Below the pieces are notes generated by a model. The model was not told the origin of the DNA and searched no databases. It saw only the letters and a list, made by a program, of their open reading frames with translations. Made by a program: the position numbers and the translations under genes. A stretch of 64,000 bases of DNA from Octopus vulgaris (lineage: Eukaryota): positions 71,982,001 to 72,046,000 of the forward strand of contig OX597825.1 in the NCBI GenBank assembly GCA_951406725.2, written 5' to 3'. Positions 1-14,047 of the stretch are shown in pieces (the stretch's first letter is position 1; each line of letters opens with the position of its first letter).

Positions 1-8
1 ATAAACAC

Positions 9-41
<33 letters not shown>

Positions 42-170
42 TACATACATACATACATACATACATACATACACACACACACATACACACACATACAACA
101 TACATACATACATACATACACACATAAACACACACACATACATACATATATACATACATACATACATACA

Positions 171-202
<32 letters not shown>

Positions 203-432
203 CATTACAGACCTAATCACGTGCGAAACAATAAGGTGTGTATATTAGAGACCTTATTCACCTGAGTTTCTACCAAATGCGATCAATATTAATTATAGCT
301 AACCGACACACCTGGCTAGATATCATATACACACACAAGCATAGACACACACACACACACACGTATACACGTGCACGCGCGCAAATAAATACACGCTATC
401 GCACATGTCCTTTCTGTAACGGAACATAGCTA

Positions 433-586
433 TCAAACACTGTCGACGAGGACAATGACAGGTAAGACATCAATTATGACAATGAGGACGATGTTGACGA
501 TGATGATGACGATGATGATGATGATGATGGTGGTGGTGAGGTGGTGGTGGTGGTGGTGGTGGTGGTGGTGATGATGACGATGATAG

Positions 587-638
<52 letters not shown>

Positions 639-1198
639 GGTGGTGGTGGTGGTGGTGATGATGACGATGATAGTGATGGTGGGGTGTTGTTGTTGTGGTG
701 GTGGCGGTGGTTGTGGTGACGGTGGTTTTGATGATGATGCTGCTGCTGATGGTGGTGATGGTGGTAGTGGTAATGATAGTGATGGTGGGGGTGTTGTTGT
801 TGTGGTGGTGGTGGTGGTGGTGGTGGGGGTTGCGGGGTGTATTGGTGATGGTGGTTTTGATGATGATGGTGGTGGTGGTGGTGGTAGTGATGGTGGGGTG
901 TTGTGGTGGTGGTGGTGGTGGTGGTTGTGGGGTGGAGTTGTGATGGTGGTCATGACAATGATGATGATGGCGAATAACGAAGTGGTTAGGAGTAGTGAGA
1001 GGATGAAGAGAGGCAGGCGGAGGAGGAGAAAGTGCAACAGCAAGATGGATATGATTTGTTGTTGTTGTCGTTGTTGTTGTTGATGATGACAATGGCGTGT
1101 ATTGTTGGTGGCGCCAACGAAAGGGGGGGACATCAACGATGACAACCACGACCACCACCACGAAAATGACGACGACGACAACGACCACGATAATGATA

Positions 1199-1254
<56 letters not shown>

Positions 1255-1452
1255 GGTGGTGGTGGTGATGATGATGATGATGATGATGATGACGATGACG
1301 ATGATGAATATGAAGATGGCGAATAATGAAGTGGCTAACCACAACGAAGCAATCCATCCCTCTCCTACCCTACCCTCACCACCACCACCATCACCACCAC
1401 CAACACAACCACCACCATCACCACCACCACCAACACCTCCACCACCACCTCC
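433..1452. repeat. Compound (GAT)n/(GGT)n/(CAC)n trinucleotide low-complexity tract with local higher-order duplications
   Basis: Direct reading; e.g. gatggcgaataa(c/t)gaagtgg recurs near 967 and 1315. Confidence 0.9.
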
Positions 1453-1857
1453 AAACAACTGTAACCCCCCCCCAAAAAAAAACCACTCATTCAACTAGTC
1501 CGGATGAAGAGGCCATTTTTCTCTGTCATTTTGCTATTAAGAGAAAATAACCCCTTGGAAAATACTCACATTTATCCGTTTATAGGTGCTAACCTCACGC
1601 ACGCACACACACACACACACACGCACAAACATACATATATAAAGATGCATATGCGTACATAGAGACACGCACACATACGAGAGCATGTGCGTATATAATT
1701 ATGTTTGTGTATACTTACCTGTGTCTCTTGATAGATTTACCTGCGACTCATTAAATGCACTAATCGACAAAATGGTGTCTTCGGCACAAATATAGATTTG
1801 CACACACATATACATACACACACACACAAACACACACACACAAACACATATATATAC

Positions 1858-1890
<33 letters not shown>

Positions 1891-2163
1891 CATACATAAT
1901 ACATACATAAGTCAAAGCATGCACAAATGCATACAAATATATATTTCCATAGATATATACATACATCATATACACATATATACATGATCATATATATATA
2001 CATACATACACACATACGTATCTATATACACATATTTATATTATATCCATACATATATAGATACACACACACACACATACACGTATATATATACACATAT
2101 ATATATATATACATACATACATACATATATACATACATACGTATTTATGTATATAATTCACAT

Positions 2164-2324
2164 AGGCGCAGGAGTTGCTGTGTGGTAAGAAGCTTGCTTG
2201 CTAACCACATGGTTCTCGGTTCAGTCCCACTGCCAGGCACCTCTTCTACTATAGCCACGGGCCAACCAAAACCTTGTGAGTGGATTTGGTAGACGGAAAC
2301 TGAAAGAAGCCTGTCGTATATATG

Positions 2325-2356
<32 letters not shown>

Positions 2357-2520
2357 AGTATGTGTGTGTGTGTATTTGTGCTGGTGTGTTTACGTCCCCG
2401 TAACTTAACTGTTCGGCAAAAGAGATCGATAGAATAAGTACTGGGCTTACAAAGAATAAATCCTGGGGTCAGTTTGGCCGCAGTCAGATGACTGAAGCAA
2501 GTGAAGGAATAAAAGAAAAG
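2164..2520 (+). mobile_element. tRNA-derived SINE family A (internal TA/TG microsatellite)
   Basis: Head aggcgcaggagt(t/g)gctgtgtggtaag...ggttcagtcccactg, tail ...gactgaa(a/g)caagt; about 18 related copies in the window. Confidence 0.85.
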
Positions 2521-2683
2521 AATTCATGTATACATCTCTACATACATACCACATACATACATACGAGTGTGTAACTCAATGCAAATGTCACCTGTGGCTT
2601 ATGTGCACAACACTACTTAGATGTGCTAATCAACAACGATCTCCTGCGCTTTGCTCTCTTTCAACTCCCCTCCTTCATAAGTG

Positions 2684-2736
<53 letters not shown>

Positions 2737-3054
2737 GAAAACAGAGACAGTCAGACAGGGAGAAAAATGAAAAGCATTCTTGATGATAATTACCGGATCC
2801 TATCAAAGATAAAAGCTGTACATCAGTATTATAGAAAAATTAAGGGTAAAAAATAATAATAAAAAGACACGCACATCCACGCACGCAGACGACCGCATAT
2901 AGACACATGCACACATGTATTCACACACACACGCTCATACACACATACATACATACATACATACATACATACATACATACATACATACATACATACATAG
3001 TGAATGAGTGAGAGAGAGAGGAGCGAGAGGGAGAGAGAAAAGAAGAAGAAGAAT

Positions 3055-3200
3055 AGGCGTAGGAGTGATTGTGTGGTAAGTAACTTGCTTATCAACCACA
3101 TGCTTCCGGGTTCAGTCCCACTACGTGGCACCATGGGCAAGTGTCTTCTACTATAGCCTTGTGAGTGGATTTGGTAAATGGAAACTGAAAGAAACCCGTC

Positions 3201-3264
<64 letters not shown>

Positions 3265-3472
3265 GTGTGTTTGTGTGTCTGTGTTTGTCCCCCCATCATC
3301 GCTTGACAACCGATGGTGTGTTTATGTCCTCGTAACTTAGCGGTTCGGCAAAAGAAACCGATAGAATAAGTACTAGATCTACAAAGAATAAGTCCTAGGG
3401 TCGATTTGCTCGGACTAAAGGCGGTGCTCCAGCATGACCACAGTCACATGACTGAAACAAGTAAAAGAGTAA
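3055..3472 (+). mobile_element. SINE family A, near full length
   Basis: Same head, internal (TA)n and tail as the other copies. Confidence 0.88.
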
Positions 3473-3821
3473 GGAGTTGAATACTGGTTTGGTAATATTT
3501 TTTTATCAACCTCGAACAGATGAAAGACAAAGCTTATTTCGGTAGGATTTGAACTCAGAGCACATAGAGCCGTTGCAAAATGCCGCACGATATTTTCTAT
3601 CCTACTATGTAATGCCTCTGATAATTCACTCGCCTGTAATTGATTTATGTTTGAAGCTCTCCCCCCTTCCCCATCTCCCACACACATAAACACACTAAAG
3701 ACGACGACTAGCTGGCAGAGTCAGTACAGCGTTGGACAGAGTGTCTTACGGCATTTCTTATGGCGCTAAGGCAACAGTTTTAGAGAGAGGACTTGATTAA
3801 TTATACTGATCCCCAGAACTA

Positions 3822-4300
3822 TTGGGTTGTCCGGAAAGTTCGTGCCGATTTTTAAAAGAAAGAAAAAAGGTCAATAAATACTTGCCATTACATTTTTTAT
3901 CAACCAAATATGAACCATTTTCTTGCACAATGCGTCTCCATCTTTCCTTTAACTTGAAAATACGCTCTTCCCAGAATTGAGGTGGTTTCATGGCAAAGAA
4001 TCCATCAAGGTATCTTTTTACGTCATCCAAGGAATTGAAATTTTTACCATTAAGACTATTCTGCAGAGACCTGAATAAGTGGAAATCCGAAGGAGCAATA
4101 TCTGGTGAATATGGAGGGTGGGGTAACACATGCCAGCCGAGCTGCAGCAATTTTTGTCTGGTTCCCAAAGTATCAAGTGCCGAAAATGAACTTTTTATCT
4201 TCCATTTTAAAGGGTTACAGAATTAACACAGGTTATAGGAACATAAACCTTCTTCCACAAAAGGATAGCTTAAACTGTGCTCTAAATGGAGGTGTGGTAA
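3822..4300 (-). mobile_element. Internally deleted mariner (Tc1/mariner DD34D) element
   Basis: ORF 3797-4168 contains HPPYSPDIAPSDFHLF (third D motif); TA then TIR ttgggttgtccggaaagttcg at 3822; frameshifted N-terminus MEDKK(V)HFRHL from ATG at 4205 is joined almost directly to the C-terminus. Confidence 0.88.
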
Positions 4301-4302
4301 AA

Positions 4303-5485
4303 CCCTCTCCAGCACCACCCTCCTCACCGGCACCCATCATCAACCCTATCACATCACCGACTCCTTCACCTGCACCTCTACCACTACCATCTCTGTACAT
4401 CGGACAAACGGGACGCCGCTTGGCTGACCTGTTCGCGGAACACCTCCGAGACATCCACCTCGGCAATGACACCCCGGTCTCACGCCATTTCCCCTCAACC
4501 GGTCACTCTTTGCAACACCTGTCCGTGTTCGGATTGTCTTTGCACAGAGGCACAGAGGCCATCCGGACTCCCGTTTGCGCCATGAACAGGGATTAATCTT
4601 CTCTCTTCGCTCATTTGTGCCACAAGAACTCAACTCTCCTCCCTTCTTCATCTAACCCCTCCCCTTGCCCCTCTCCCCCTCCCTCCTACTTCCTCTCACC
4701 CACCTCTCCTCTCTTGCTCCGACTCCTTCTCTTCACCCCACACTCTTTCTCTCTTCTCTCTTACTCTCTTCTCTTATACCCACCTTCCCCTTCCCCTTCA
4801 TCGTCAACCCTCCCTCATAAGCCCACCCCACCCCTACACATTCCTACCTCGCCTTCCCTTCCGTACACCCTCTCCCACATACCCCACCTCTATTCCCACC
4901 CTCTGCTTACCCACAAACCCCACCTCTATCCCTACCCTTTGCCTACCCACATACCCTCAACTCTACCCCAACCCTCAGCCTAAACCACACCCCACTCGTG
5001 CTTCCCCCACTCTCGCCTCCCCGACCTCCCAACAACATCACAACACACCACACTACACCATACCACACAACACATCACATCACAACACACCAACACTCAC
5101 ACACCAGCACTGACCAATTCCCATCCCCACATTTTCATACCTACACATACACACACGCACACGTCAAGATCACCAGCCTTCTTTCACACGCACATACGTA
5201 CTCTCTTACACATACGCGCACCTTCGTTTTGGGATCACGACTACTTTGTTATCTCCCCTACTTCTTAGCTCTCCTGTGTGACCCTTCTGTCCGGCATTCA
5301 CCATGATAGATCGGTAGCCACCACACACATTTTTTTCTCCTTGTTTTTTTTCTGTGTCCCTTTCTGTAGAAGAGCATAAGCTCGAAACGTTAAAGACTTC
5401 TTCAATTCCAGAGCGTTTTACTAATACATCAGTTTGTTTTCTACACCACCTGTCTTCGTCTTTTGTTTTCTTCGTGAATTCTCCC
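4303..5485 (+). mobile_element. Penelope-like element 3' fragment (GIY-YIG endonuclease remnant plus pLTR)
   Basis: SLYIGQTGRRLADLFAEHLRDI (GIY-YIG) in ORF 4105-4596; homologous to 57750-59011; ends in (TA). Confidence 0.88.
5360..5395 (+). ncRNA. Minimal type-I hammerhead-like motif in PLE pLTR (core variant CUGUAGA)
   Basis: cttt-CTGTAGA-a-gagc ataa gctc-GAAAC-GTT-aaag; stem I cttt/aaag. Confidence 0.55.
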
Positions 5486-5489
5486 TATA

Positions 5490-5770
5490 TAAATACATAC
5501 ATACATATATGTGTGTGCGTGCGTGCGTGCGTGCGTGCGTGTGTGATGTATTTGTGTGTCTCTATGCATCTGTGTGTGTGTATATTTATCCATTTACGGA
5601 CACGCACGAATCCGTACACGTATATGTTGCTCTATGTGTGTGTGCATCATGTGTGCATGTGCGTGCGAGGTTTATGTTCACATTTGCATACACGTGTGTG
5701 TGTGTGTGTATGTGTGTGTGTGTGTGTGTATGTGTGTGTATGTGTGTGTGTATGTGTGTGTATGTGTGTA

Positions 5771-5802
<32 letters not shown>

Positions 5803-5837
5803 TGTATGTGTGTGTGTATGTGTGTGTGTATGTGTGT

Positions 5838-5920
<83 letters not shown>

Positions 5921-5932
5921 TATGTGTGTGTA

Positions 5933-5987
<55 letters not shown>

Positions 5988-6250
5988 GACTAGAACTCTT
6001 CAATTAAGCATTAGTTCATTAATCAACGATGACGCTACTTAAGTTACTAACTCGAAAGCAAACTTTGATTATTAAAGGATTGTTGACATTTTCAGAATAA
6101 GAAGAGTGGGGGGGGGGGTGAAGAGAGCGAGAAAGGGAGAACGAGGGCGGGAAAGGAAGAGCAACGGGAAGAGAAAGGGATGGCGAGAGAAATCTGTAAA
6201 GAGTAATGTGACAAAGTGTGTGGGTGTGTGAAAGGGAGGAAGAGGGAAGC

Positions 6251-6283
<33 letters not shown>

Positions 6284-6625
6284 AAGAAAATGGTGTATTT
6301 CTTAAATGAGATGCACACACATACATACACACACACACATGGACATAGAGTCGATCATACAAAGGCATAATATAGTACATTTGTGTATGTGTGTGTATAT
6401 ATATATGTTTATATATGTACATACATATGTACGTCTCTCTCTATCTCTCTTTCTCCCTATATATATATACACATATATATATATATATACATACATAAAT
6501 ATATGAATATAGACATATATATATATATATACATATATACATATATATATACATACATACATATGTATATACACACACTCATATGCCCACACACACACAC
6601 AAATATATATGTATGCGAATGCTTT

Positions 6626-6690
<65 letters not shown>

Positions 6691-6795
6691 TGTATATATG
6701 TATGCATGTATGTATGTATGTATGTATGTATGTATGTATGTATATGCGTATGTGTGTATGTATGTATACTAGTATGTGTCTGTGTCTGTGTGTGT
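5490..6795. repeat. (TG)n/(TA)n/(GA)n microsatellite cluster
   Basis: Direct reading. Confidence 0.9.
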
Positions 6796-7814
6796 GTGTT
6801 CAATGGCGTTATGATAGAAAATGTATCCCAATAATTTGATTGCTTGCGAAATTTATGATATTTGATGCTGGAATTCAGTGATGTTAACTGTTCTTGTAAG
6901 AATTCTTCCATTTTACACTGAAGATGTCTTCGTTTAAATTTCTTATCAAATTACACGTCAGTACGTCGCCATTACGACGGAACCAATCTTCGTCTCTATT
7001 GTATCCATATCATATTTTGTGGTATTAATATATCATCATCCTGATATATCTTATCATACACGTCGGCAAGAATTTTCTTACACTTGGACATCATCTATGC
7101 CCTTTGGAAATACAGCATGAATATCACAACTTCACTGTTCTCTTCTAAATAATAATTTTGTCTTCCATATCGATGCATGAAACGATAACTATTTGCTATT
7201 GTTATTGCTGTTGTTGTTGTTGTTGTTGTTGGTATTAGTGGTGGTTGTGGTGATTGTGGTAGTGGTTTTAGTGGTGGTCATGGTAGAAGTAGTGGTGGTG
7301 GCGTCGCTGATGGTGGTGGTGGTGGTGGTGGTGGTGGTGGTGTTAACGCTTAACTCTTAAGTCAATTTCGACAAGGCAGTCATGTTCGAAGAGGCTTTCC
7401 AGCATTGTTTGTGTATATCATTCCCCAACATATCCATTTTTCTTTTCTCTCTCCTTACCATCTCTCCATCCCTACCCCACCTCCTACTCTCTCTCTCTCT
7501 CTCTCTCTCGCTCTCTCTTTCTCTTTGGAGACTTCGGCGGGCAATTTGAAGTAGGTCTGTCTTATAAGACGTCTAAAATCTTAGCAACATCACAGGCTCT
7601 TGGACAAATCAATGCAACGTGACATATAGCATTTTTTTCATTGACAGCAATCCACTGCATACATAGATAAGAACAGGATCCATAGACCCGTGAAACCCCA
7701 TAGCAACTTCTCAGTGTTCCCATGCCTTAAGATAGCACCAATTTGAGGTAAACTTGGCTGTTATCTACAAGCAACTACGTAGAAGCTGTCTAATATTTAC
7801 TATTTTTGTTTGAC

Positions 7815-8100
7815 TTTGTGGGTTGTACAATTTTGCAGCAGTACAGATAGTAATCCATTTTCTGGAAAGACATGGAATGGATGATATCTTGTTTTCAGGA
7901 TCCTTTAAGATGCTTATCCTAAATCCGATACCCGATTTAACATTTGTACCCGCTCACCCTTAGCTGTCGTTGTAGAGCCCACACTCTTTCAACTATGCAG
8001 ACAGGTTTCCAATCTGAAAATAATTCACTGAACGTCAGTTAGTCTTCTTTTTCTTTCACCTGGCCCCGGGGTACCTGAAATCTACAGCAGGCACAGCTCT
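7815..8100 (-). pseudogene. Highly decayed LINE (RTE-like) RT fragment
   Basis: Minus-strand ITICTAAKLYN resembles the RTE motif GI(T/S)L.S.AAK.YN; no long ORF. Confidence 0.3.
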
Positions 8101-8396
8101 TCATTCCCTCACAAAGTCATAAAATGTATGACTTTATAAGAAATATCATTCGTGCTATTGGTTTCAGAGAAACTGCATCCAGAAGATGATGCTTTTCATC
8201 ACTCACCTCTGGTGAAAACAGTCTCGACTCTGAGGAATTGATGTCGTTAGACAACGTCCATAGATCATTGAGGTTTATTGATCTCATTGGAACGATATCA
8301 TTTCATTTATATCAGTAACATAATCTTGTAACAGCATGAACACCACAAAATATCATTTCCCACTCTCATTACCGTGATATATCATAATGTTAGATA

Positions 8397-8820
8397 GACA
8401 TGGCTGTGTGGTTAAGAAGCTCACTTTGTAACTGTATGGTTTCGGGTTCAGTCCCAATGCGCGGCATTTTGTACAAGTGTATTCTACTATAGTTCTGGGC
8501 CGACTGATGCCTATTGAATGAATATGGTAGACGGAAACGGTGTAGAATCCCTTCGTTTATATGTGTGTATGTGTGTGTGAGTGTGTGGGTGCGCACGCGC
8601 CTTTGTCCTTGTATTGCCCTCCTCCACCGTTTAACAACCAGAGATGGTTTGTTTTCGTTACCGTATCTTTGCGGTTTGGCAAATGGCGACGGACAGAATA
8701 CTTATCAGTCTTGAAAATTAGTACCAGAGGTAGTTTTGTTCGCCTAAACTTTTAAGGCAGTGCTCCAACATGGCCGCAATCCAATAACTGAAACTAGTAA
8801 AAGATAAAAATAAAAGATAA
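8397..8820 (+). mobile_element. SINE family A, diverged copy
   Basis: Homology to the other copies. Confidence 0.75.
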
Positions 8821-9376
8821 CTGATAACTGCGCTTTCCTTCGGAACTTTGTCAAAAGCTGAAATGCCAGCGCCCATAATGCTTTATGGGGCCTTCGGGGT
8901 CTGAAGAGTGAAAGGAAGGTAAAAAAGATAACTAAAAATGCAACAACTATTATGGACCTTGTTCAGATTCGAAACCTGGTTCAATTGTTTGTAAGAGAAT
9001 GGACTTTGTTAAAAGATCAACAATTAAATGATGATGGTGGTGGTGGTGGTGGTGGTGTTAAACCGGGTGATGGATTAAGTCAGGGACTTAATGAACTTCA
9101 TATAATCTTATTTTTTATAGTCTAACGATATCTGGTTTCGTCTGTTTCGAAAAATTATTATAACAATGTAAAATTTCTAGTCGTAGATATTTCAGTTCAC
9201 TTACATAACAGTTTGGGAGAGACGGGGACATATCATATTTCTGGTTCTCTTCCTTTATAGATACAAGATCTTGTATTATAAAAAAAAGCAATCAACAGAA
9301 AACAGAAACGAATATCTCCTTAAATACATCGTATCCAGAGCTTAACTTTGGTGTCAATGAGTAAAAAAATTAAATA

Positions 9377-9574
9377 CCGTATATTCCGGCATACAAGTCG
9401 AATTTTTCAGATCGAAATTTACAACCGCCAAAAGTTAGGTCGATTTATAGACCAAGACGACTTTGGAAAACCAAAATTTCCGTCTGAAATGCACCATAAT
9501 TTGGAAAAATAGCTGATGCCTGAATGTTTGCACTATATGTTTACATATGTCGACTTGTATGCCGGAATATACAG
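9377..9574. mobile_element. Tc1/pogo-type MITE
   Basis: TIRs ccgtatattccggcatacaagtcga / tcgacttgtatgccggaatatacag, flanked by TA on both sides. Confidence 0.85.
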
Positions 9575-9852
9575 TAAAATATAAAACCATTTTCTCCGTT
9601 TTCTCCGTCGATAGAATATCAATGTCTCTGAAGACTTTCAGAGGATCTGCTAAAATAACCGCAGAATTTCCTCGTGTATTGTTAGAAGTACATAACTATA
9701 TTACTACAATAACTAATATGTATTTGTATGTGAGTGTGTACGTACAATGCACATGCGCGCGTGTATATATATATACATAATTAATAATATCAGAGTAATA
9801 AAGATTTTAGAAATGTTTACTACCAGTGGCCTAGCGTATAGAAAAATTCGTA

Positions 9853-9921
9853 CCTGTTGACGAAGACTTCGCCTTGCAAAATATTTTATTTGCTAAAAAA
9901 AGTCAGAAACCATGGTCCAGG
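9853..9921 (+). ncRNA. Type-I hammerhead ribozyme (core UUGACGA, GUC cleavage)
   Basis: cctg-TTGACGA-a-gactt...aagtc-a-GAAAC CATG GTC-cagg; palindromic stem III ACCATGGT; in a TA-flanked cassette of about 9783-10062. Confidence 0.7.
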
Positions 9922-10058
9922 AAATAGATGGTAAATGTTTTTTATTTTTCATTCCCTTCGAGAATTTATCTCTAATTAGTGGTTTGGACTCTAGCTGTTC
10001 CTTCTAGCGTAAGGGAGTCCTATGATGGATACCTCTTAATGTATTTAAATACACACTG

Positions 10059-10100
<42 letters not shown>

Positions 10101-10104
10101 TATA

Positions 10105-10148
<44 letters not shown>

Positions 10149-10149
10149 T

Positions 10150-10261
<112 letters not shown>

Positions 10262-10700
10262 TGTATGTATGCATATGCATATATATCGCCTTTTATTCGT
10301 TTCAGTCAGTGGACTGCGGCTATGCTGGAGCACCACCTTGGTAAGTTTTGTCGAACAGGTCCCTTTTATTTTATTCTATCTTTAGTCTTCTATTTGTTTC
10401 AGCCTATAAGTTGTGGCCGAAGTGGAACACCACCTAATGAATAACTATCAAAAATCACCGGCTTGATTTTTTTTATTGCCTTAGTTCGATACATATTTTG
10501 TAAAATTGAGTAGAGGGAGACTGTACAGAATCCCGTTGGGTGGGGTGTATCTGTAATTGAAAGGTACAGCCTTAGCAAGGAAGGAGAATGTTTTGCTGAA
10601 TTAGATTAAGCTCTACAGAAGGGATCCTCAAACATTTTAGACCATCAACTCCTTCTTGGAATCCGTGACCCCTCATCGACCCCCAGGCATGTACAAGAAA

Positions 10701-10827
<127 letters not shown>

Positions 10828-11754
10828 GTAGATGTGCATTTATCGACCCTTTGAATAGTCTCATCGACCTCCAAGAGCTGATACCGACCACTTTGGAGAT
10901 CCCCAGCACTACAGGATTTACAGGTTAACCAGACTTGTCTAAGGTAAAGAGAGGACTACAAAGCCGTCTCCCACAGATCACTGGCAGGTGAGGTTATGTC
11001 GAATAGCTGTTATTACGGGCAATACATATCGCCCCTTCTTTTGTCAAAAATCTGTTGTAACAATCATCATTTCTTCTTTTAATTATAAAAAGTTAATAGA
11101 TTGTATTCTTATTTGGTAAAAATTGCGAAAGATCTTAGGAGAGCGTCTTTCTTCGCTGATCAAAATCTTAATATTTCCACGTAACGTGAAGGGGAGCGGG
11201 AGGTGAGATTGGTGAAAGAAATGCATTACTGGATACGGAAAGTGATACATGGACGAGAGTGAATGATATGGTTTGGATAGGAATGGTTGGACACATCCTT
11301 TATGGTTCTATATGCTGTGGATCTATCCTTTCTTTGTCCTCAACAAAATGTGTCTTAAAGGGGTTCTCATTTAAATTGTTATAATTTAATTGCGTCCTCT
11401 AACACAACACTGATTCATTTTGGTTGCTTTATTGTTGTTATAACAAGACGAGAATGCAATTTGTTAATTATTTATCTCTTTGTGCTTTCACGACAGGAAT
11501 TCAACATAATTACTGTGGTAACTCCTGAGCATGATTTCCATCGTGGCAATTGTCAACTTCCTGTTTCGAAGAAGGCGGAAACTAATAAAAATCTTTTGTG
11601 TTTTGGGAACAATTGGCCAAACAGTAGCTATAATGTAAATATCAATAACGAAACTGACGACACTACTATGGACAATATTTTCTAGCAATATCTGAAGGCC
11701 ACGAATGTTGGAGGAGGATCCGGTCGGTTATAGTGACACCGGTGCTTGGTTCTT

Positions 11755-11949
11755 TATTTTTTATTTGTTTCAGTCATTTGACTGTGGCCATGCTGGAGCA
11801 CTGCCTTTAGCCGTGCAATTCGACCCCAACAAGACTTATTCTTTGTAAGCCTAGTACTTATTCTATCGGTCTCTTATGCCGAACCGCTAAGTTACGGGTA
11901 CGTAAACACACCAGCATCGGTTGTCAAGCGATATTGGGTGGGTGGGGGA

Positions 11950-12026
<77 letters not shown>

Positions 12027-12189
12027 GACGGGCTTCTTTCAGTTTCCGTCTACCAAATCCACTCACAAGGCTTTGGTCGTCCCGAGGCTATAGTAGAAGA
12101 CACTTGCCCAAGGTGCCACGCATTGGGACTGAACCCGGAACCATGTGGTTGGTAAGCAAGCTACTTACCACAGAGCCACTCCTGCGCCT
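11755..12189 (-). mobile_element. SINE family A, full length
   Basis: Reverse complement of head and tail. Confidence 0.88.
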
Positions 12190-13632
12190 TTACTTTTACT
12201 TGTTTCGATTATTGAACTGCTGTCATGCTGGGGTACCGTCTTGAAGGGTTTAATCGAACAAATTAATTGAATGGTATAAGAAGTTCGTGTCCGAACTACG
12301 AGATCCTGAATCCAACCCCACGTTGTGACATCTTGGACAGATGTGATTTTTTTTTTTGTTTATGTTCGATACATATTTTGTGAGTAAAATTAAGAAGAAG
12401 GAAACTGTACAGAAACCCGTTGAGTGGATTGTACCTGTAATTGAAAGGTACAGCCTTATCATGCACATTACATTGTCATGCTTATTCTACCTGAGAATTA
12501 AATAAAGGATATACGTAATCTTTGGCCAGCTCAACCACTGCACGCTAATTCAATGGGAAGGTAATCCTGTGCACAGTTCTTCAAATTTTCCATTTGATGT
12601 TGATTCTGTACTTATGAACCTTTCAGCCCTGACTTCGAAAGTTCGATGTCCTGTTTCGTTCATATTGATCCTATTTTTCTGCTCATGTAAAACTAAAATT
12701 CTATGGTGAATCCATTTTGCTTACATTTTACTGAAACAAAATAGGTATTTATTTGCTCCAAACAGCTAATCTTTCACTGAAAATTCAGGCTCCAGTATTT
12801 CTAAATGAAATTAACAGCTCTTGCTGTCATCATGTCTTGTTCGATATTAGCATAGATGGACGTCGTCTTCATGATGATATTGACCAGCAGCGTAAAAGCT
12901 GAGATTATTTGTGTCAATTTCGACAAGGATGAAATGTTAAAAGGAACATTATTAACAAGGGCAAGTCGTGACACTTGAAAACCCTAATCCAGCAATTGTC
13001 ATTGGATTAAAGGTCATTTTATTAAAGTGCCTGTCATTGCTTGTCATTGGATTAAAAATCTTGTTAAAATGGCTGGACCCGGGATAAGTCCAAGACCGCT
13101 AGATGGATAGGAAATAGACGTGATGACAAAAGGAGTTAATTTCATTAAGAAATATTCTAGCACAAGTCCTTAAGCGTGTAGGAACAAATGAATACCTACG
13201 AGAGTAATACTTCGGGAAACTGTATGCAAAGGAAACTTACCATAGTTAATTCTATATAGGTAGAAAAATAGTTATACCACAATGGATCCTAGTTTTCTTT
13301 AACCTTCAATAGCAAAATACTACTCATCTAGACATGTCGAGCTGAGAATAAACGGTGAAATTTCAAAGTTCCTTTCGACCTTCCATTTACATTATTTACA
13401 TTCCAAAAAGGGTATAACATATCTATGGAGAGCAAACGTAAACTGAGCAGTCCCAGACAGACAGAATCCCGTTTTTGTTATGATAGATGTGTGTTTATTA
13501 ATCGTAGCTTCATTACTACACACACATATAAGTAGATACATACACAAGCATGAATATATATCTATATATATACACACACATATATGTATATATATATGTA
13601 CATTTTTATGCATATATATATATATATGATAC

Positions 13633-13688
<56 letters not shown>

Positions 13689-13691
13689 TTA

Positions 13692-13718
<27 letters not shown>

Positions 13719-13722
<4 letters not shown>

Positions 13723-13928
13723 TTTAAAGGACTGACCACTAGAAGTGGACGGTCAATATGCTAGATATAGACGTCAAAATCGCTATTTTCCACGAAGAAT
13801 GTGTTCTGAAGAAAAAACTCAAGAAATAAAAACACATTGAGAACACATTCTTCGTGGAAAATAGCGATTTTGATGTCTATATCTAGCATATTGACCGTCC
13901 ACTTTTAGTGGTTAGTCCTTTAAATTTT
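13719..13928. repeat. Fold-back element: 89-bp inverted arms, 32-bp loop, adjacent to (TA)n
   Basis: Arms 13719-13807 and 13840-13928 differ at 3 positions. Confidence 0.92.
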
Positions 13929-14047
13929 GTATGTAAAAAATATTTTAATCTTCGGATTTTTTTAATATGCTAGGCCACTGGTTTTAATTGATTAGCATCA
14001 ATTTCTACCCTTATTCAATATATATATATACACACACACACATATAT

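Noticed and set aside
433-1498. Long ORFs (353, 235, 180 aa)
   Set aside because: Homopolymeric translations of trinucleotide repeats in all frames
6915-6995. CTGAAGATGTC...GACGGAAC
   Set aside because: GAAA mutated and no convincing stem I; not counted
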